Of a stretch of DNA of 64,000 bases, positions 62,917 to 64,000 are shown piece by piece. Position 1 is the stretch's first letter. Each line of letters starts with the position of its first letter. The notes below the pieces were generated by a model. That model was not told the origin of the DNA and searched no databases. It saw only the letters and a program-made list of their open reading frames with translations. This DNA comes from Myxococcota bacterium (GTDB lineage: Bacteria > Myxococcota > JACRCW01): NCBI GenBank assembly GCA_040752415.1, contig JBFMGU010000010.1, forward strand, positions 16,023 to 80,022. The letters are read 5' to 3'. Both the position numbers and the translations under genes were made by a program.

Positions 62917-63774
62917 ATGCCGCGCCCTGCCCGTTCCTGCCTGACCGCGCTCTTCCTGGTGGGCGTGACGTTGCCCGCCTGGGCGGATGACAACGAGGAG
63001 CCCCTCCCGGGCAACGTGCTCATGACCTTTGCGGCCATGGGTGACATCCCCTACTCCGGCGACGAGGAGGACGACCTGGAGGACCAGCTGGAGGAGCTCC
63101 CGCCGTCTGTGGAGCTGGTGCTGCACGTGGGTGACATCCAGTCCGACCCCGGCGGTGACTGCGACGAGGAGGTCTACGAGACGGTCAGCGACATCCTCAA
63201 GCTCTCTCCCCGGCCGGTGTTCATCGTGCCGGGAGACAACGAGTTCAATGACTGCGACAACGCCGAGGAGGCCCTGGAGCTGTGGATTGAATCCTTCGTG
63301 GGGCTGGAGGACCTGTGGCCGCTGACGTTCCCGGTGATGCGGCAACCGGAGCGCCCGGAGAACGTGGCGTTCGTGACCAACGGTGTCTTGTTCGTGGGGT
63401 TGAACCTAGTGGGCGGGCTGGTGCACGACGACGACGAGTGGGAGGAGCGCCACCGCCAGGACCTGGACTGGACGCTGCAGCAGGTGGGGATGAACCTGGA
63501 GACGGCGCACGCGGTGGTGCTGTTTGCGCAGGCCGCTCCGCAGGACAAGCACGAGGACTACTTTGACGACGACCTCTTTGACGCGCTGAGCGACTTCGGC
63601 AAGCCCGTGCTCTACGTGCATGGCGACGGACACGAGTGGATCGACGACCAGCCGTTCCCGCCGGACAACATGTGGCGCGTGCAGGTGGAGCGGGGTGGGG
63701 ACGCGCCGCCGGTGGTGGTGACGGTGACGGACAACCCGGAGCAGCCCTTCATCTACGACCGCGGTGGGGACTGA
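62917..63774 (+). CDS. Secreted calcineurin-like metallophosphoesterase
   Basis: Signal peptide; GDIPY, HVGDI, PGDNEFND, HGDGH. Confidence 0.85.
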   Translation: MPRPARSCLTALFLVGVTLPAWADDNEEPLPGNVLMTFAAMGDIPYSGDEEDDLEDQLEELPPSVELVLHVGDIQSDPGGDCDEEVYETVSDILKLSPRPVFIVPGDNEFNDCDNAEEALELWIESFVGLEDLWPLTFPVMRQPERPENVAFVTNGVLFVGLNLVGGLVHDDDEWEERHRQDLDWTLQQVGMNLETAHAVVLFAQAAPQDKHEDYFDDDLFDALSDFGKPVLYVHGDGHEWIDDQPFPPDNMWRVQVERGGDAPPVVVTVTDNPEQPFIYDRGGD

Positions 63775-63856
63775 GGTGTCGCGATTCCAGTCACCCTGTC
63801 CGGAATTCAGACAGGTCCGGATCGTCTTCCCACCCGATTTCCGTCGGGAAGTGGGT

Positions 63857-63872
63857 TGGCATTGCGCGTGCT
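63857..63872 (+). promoter_or_regulatory. Possible sigma54 promoter for a gene beyond the window
   Basis: TGGCATTGCGCGTGCT (GG-N10-GC). Confidence 0.3.
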
Positions 63873-64000
63873 CTGCGCTCACACGCCCCCCCGGCCCCAA
63901 GAACAAACCAGCCAGGCGGCGTGGCCACAAAGCCTGGCTGGGGGGCTAAGAGACAGTGGGGGTTGGCACGGAGATAAGCACCGGAATTGCCAGATTCCGA

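Overview
High-GC window that looks myxobacterial. The left half holds signalling and housekeeping genes: a poly-HAMP hybrid kinase cut by the window edge, a Wsp/Frz-like che cluster with a frameshifted cheR, kup, an ACP-FAAL-acyltransferase fusion, nrdJ-ligA and further kinases. The centre is a complete type I-B2 (Myxan/Dev subtype) CRISPR-Cas locus. On the minus strand lie a ~160-repeat array (GTGATTCCGTCCTCGATGCCGGAAGGCGTTGAGCAC), cas2, a cas4-cas1 fusion and a WYL regulator. On the plus strand lies cas6-cas3-cas8(cmx8, with probable internal cas11)-cas7(devR)-cas5(devS), followed by a nucleotidyltransferase. The strongest observation is a hidden one-spacer CRISPR-like element at 50195-50326, just upstream of cas6. 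Its spacer matches the cas operon's own predicted sigma70 promoter over positions 1-19, with mismatches only at positions 6 and 12 and an adjacent ATG PAM, which points to RNA-guided Cascade autorepression. Also notable: a 2.76-kb three-gene cassette (secreted M23 peptidase plus two lipoproteins) inside the degenerate trailer of the array, a 22-bp-phased motif array behind an unknown gene in the cas locus, an anti-repeat in the leader, and a 60-bp near-perfect inverted repeat upstream of nrdJ. All calls come from reading the sequence; no searches were run.
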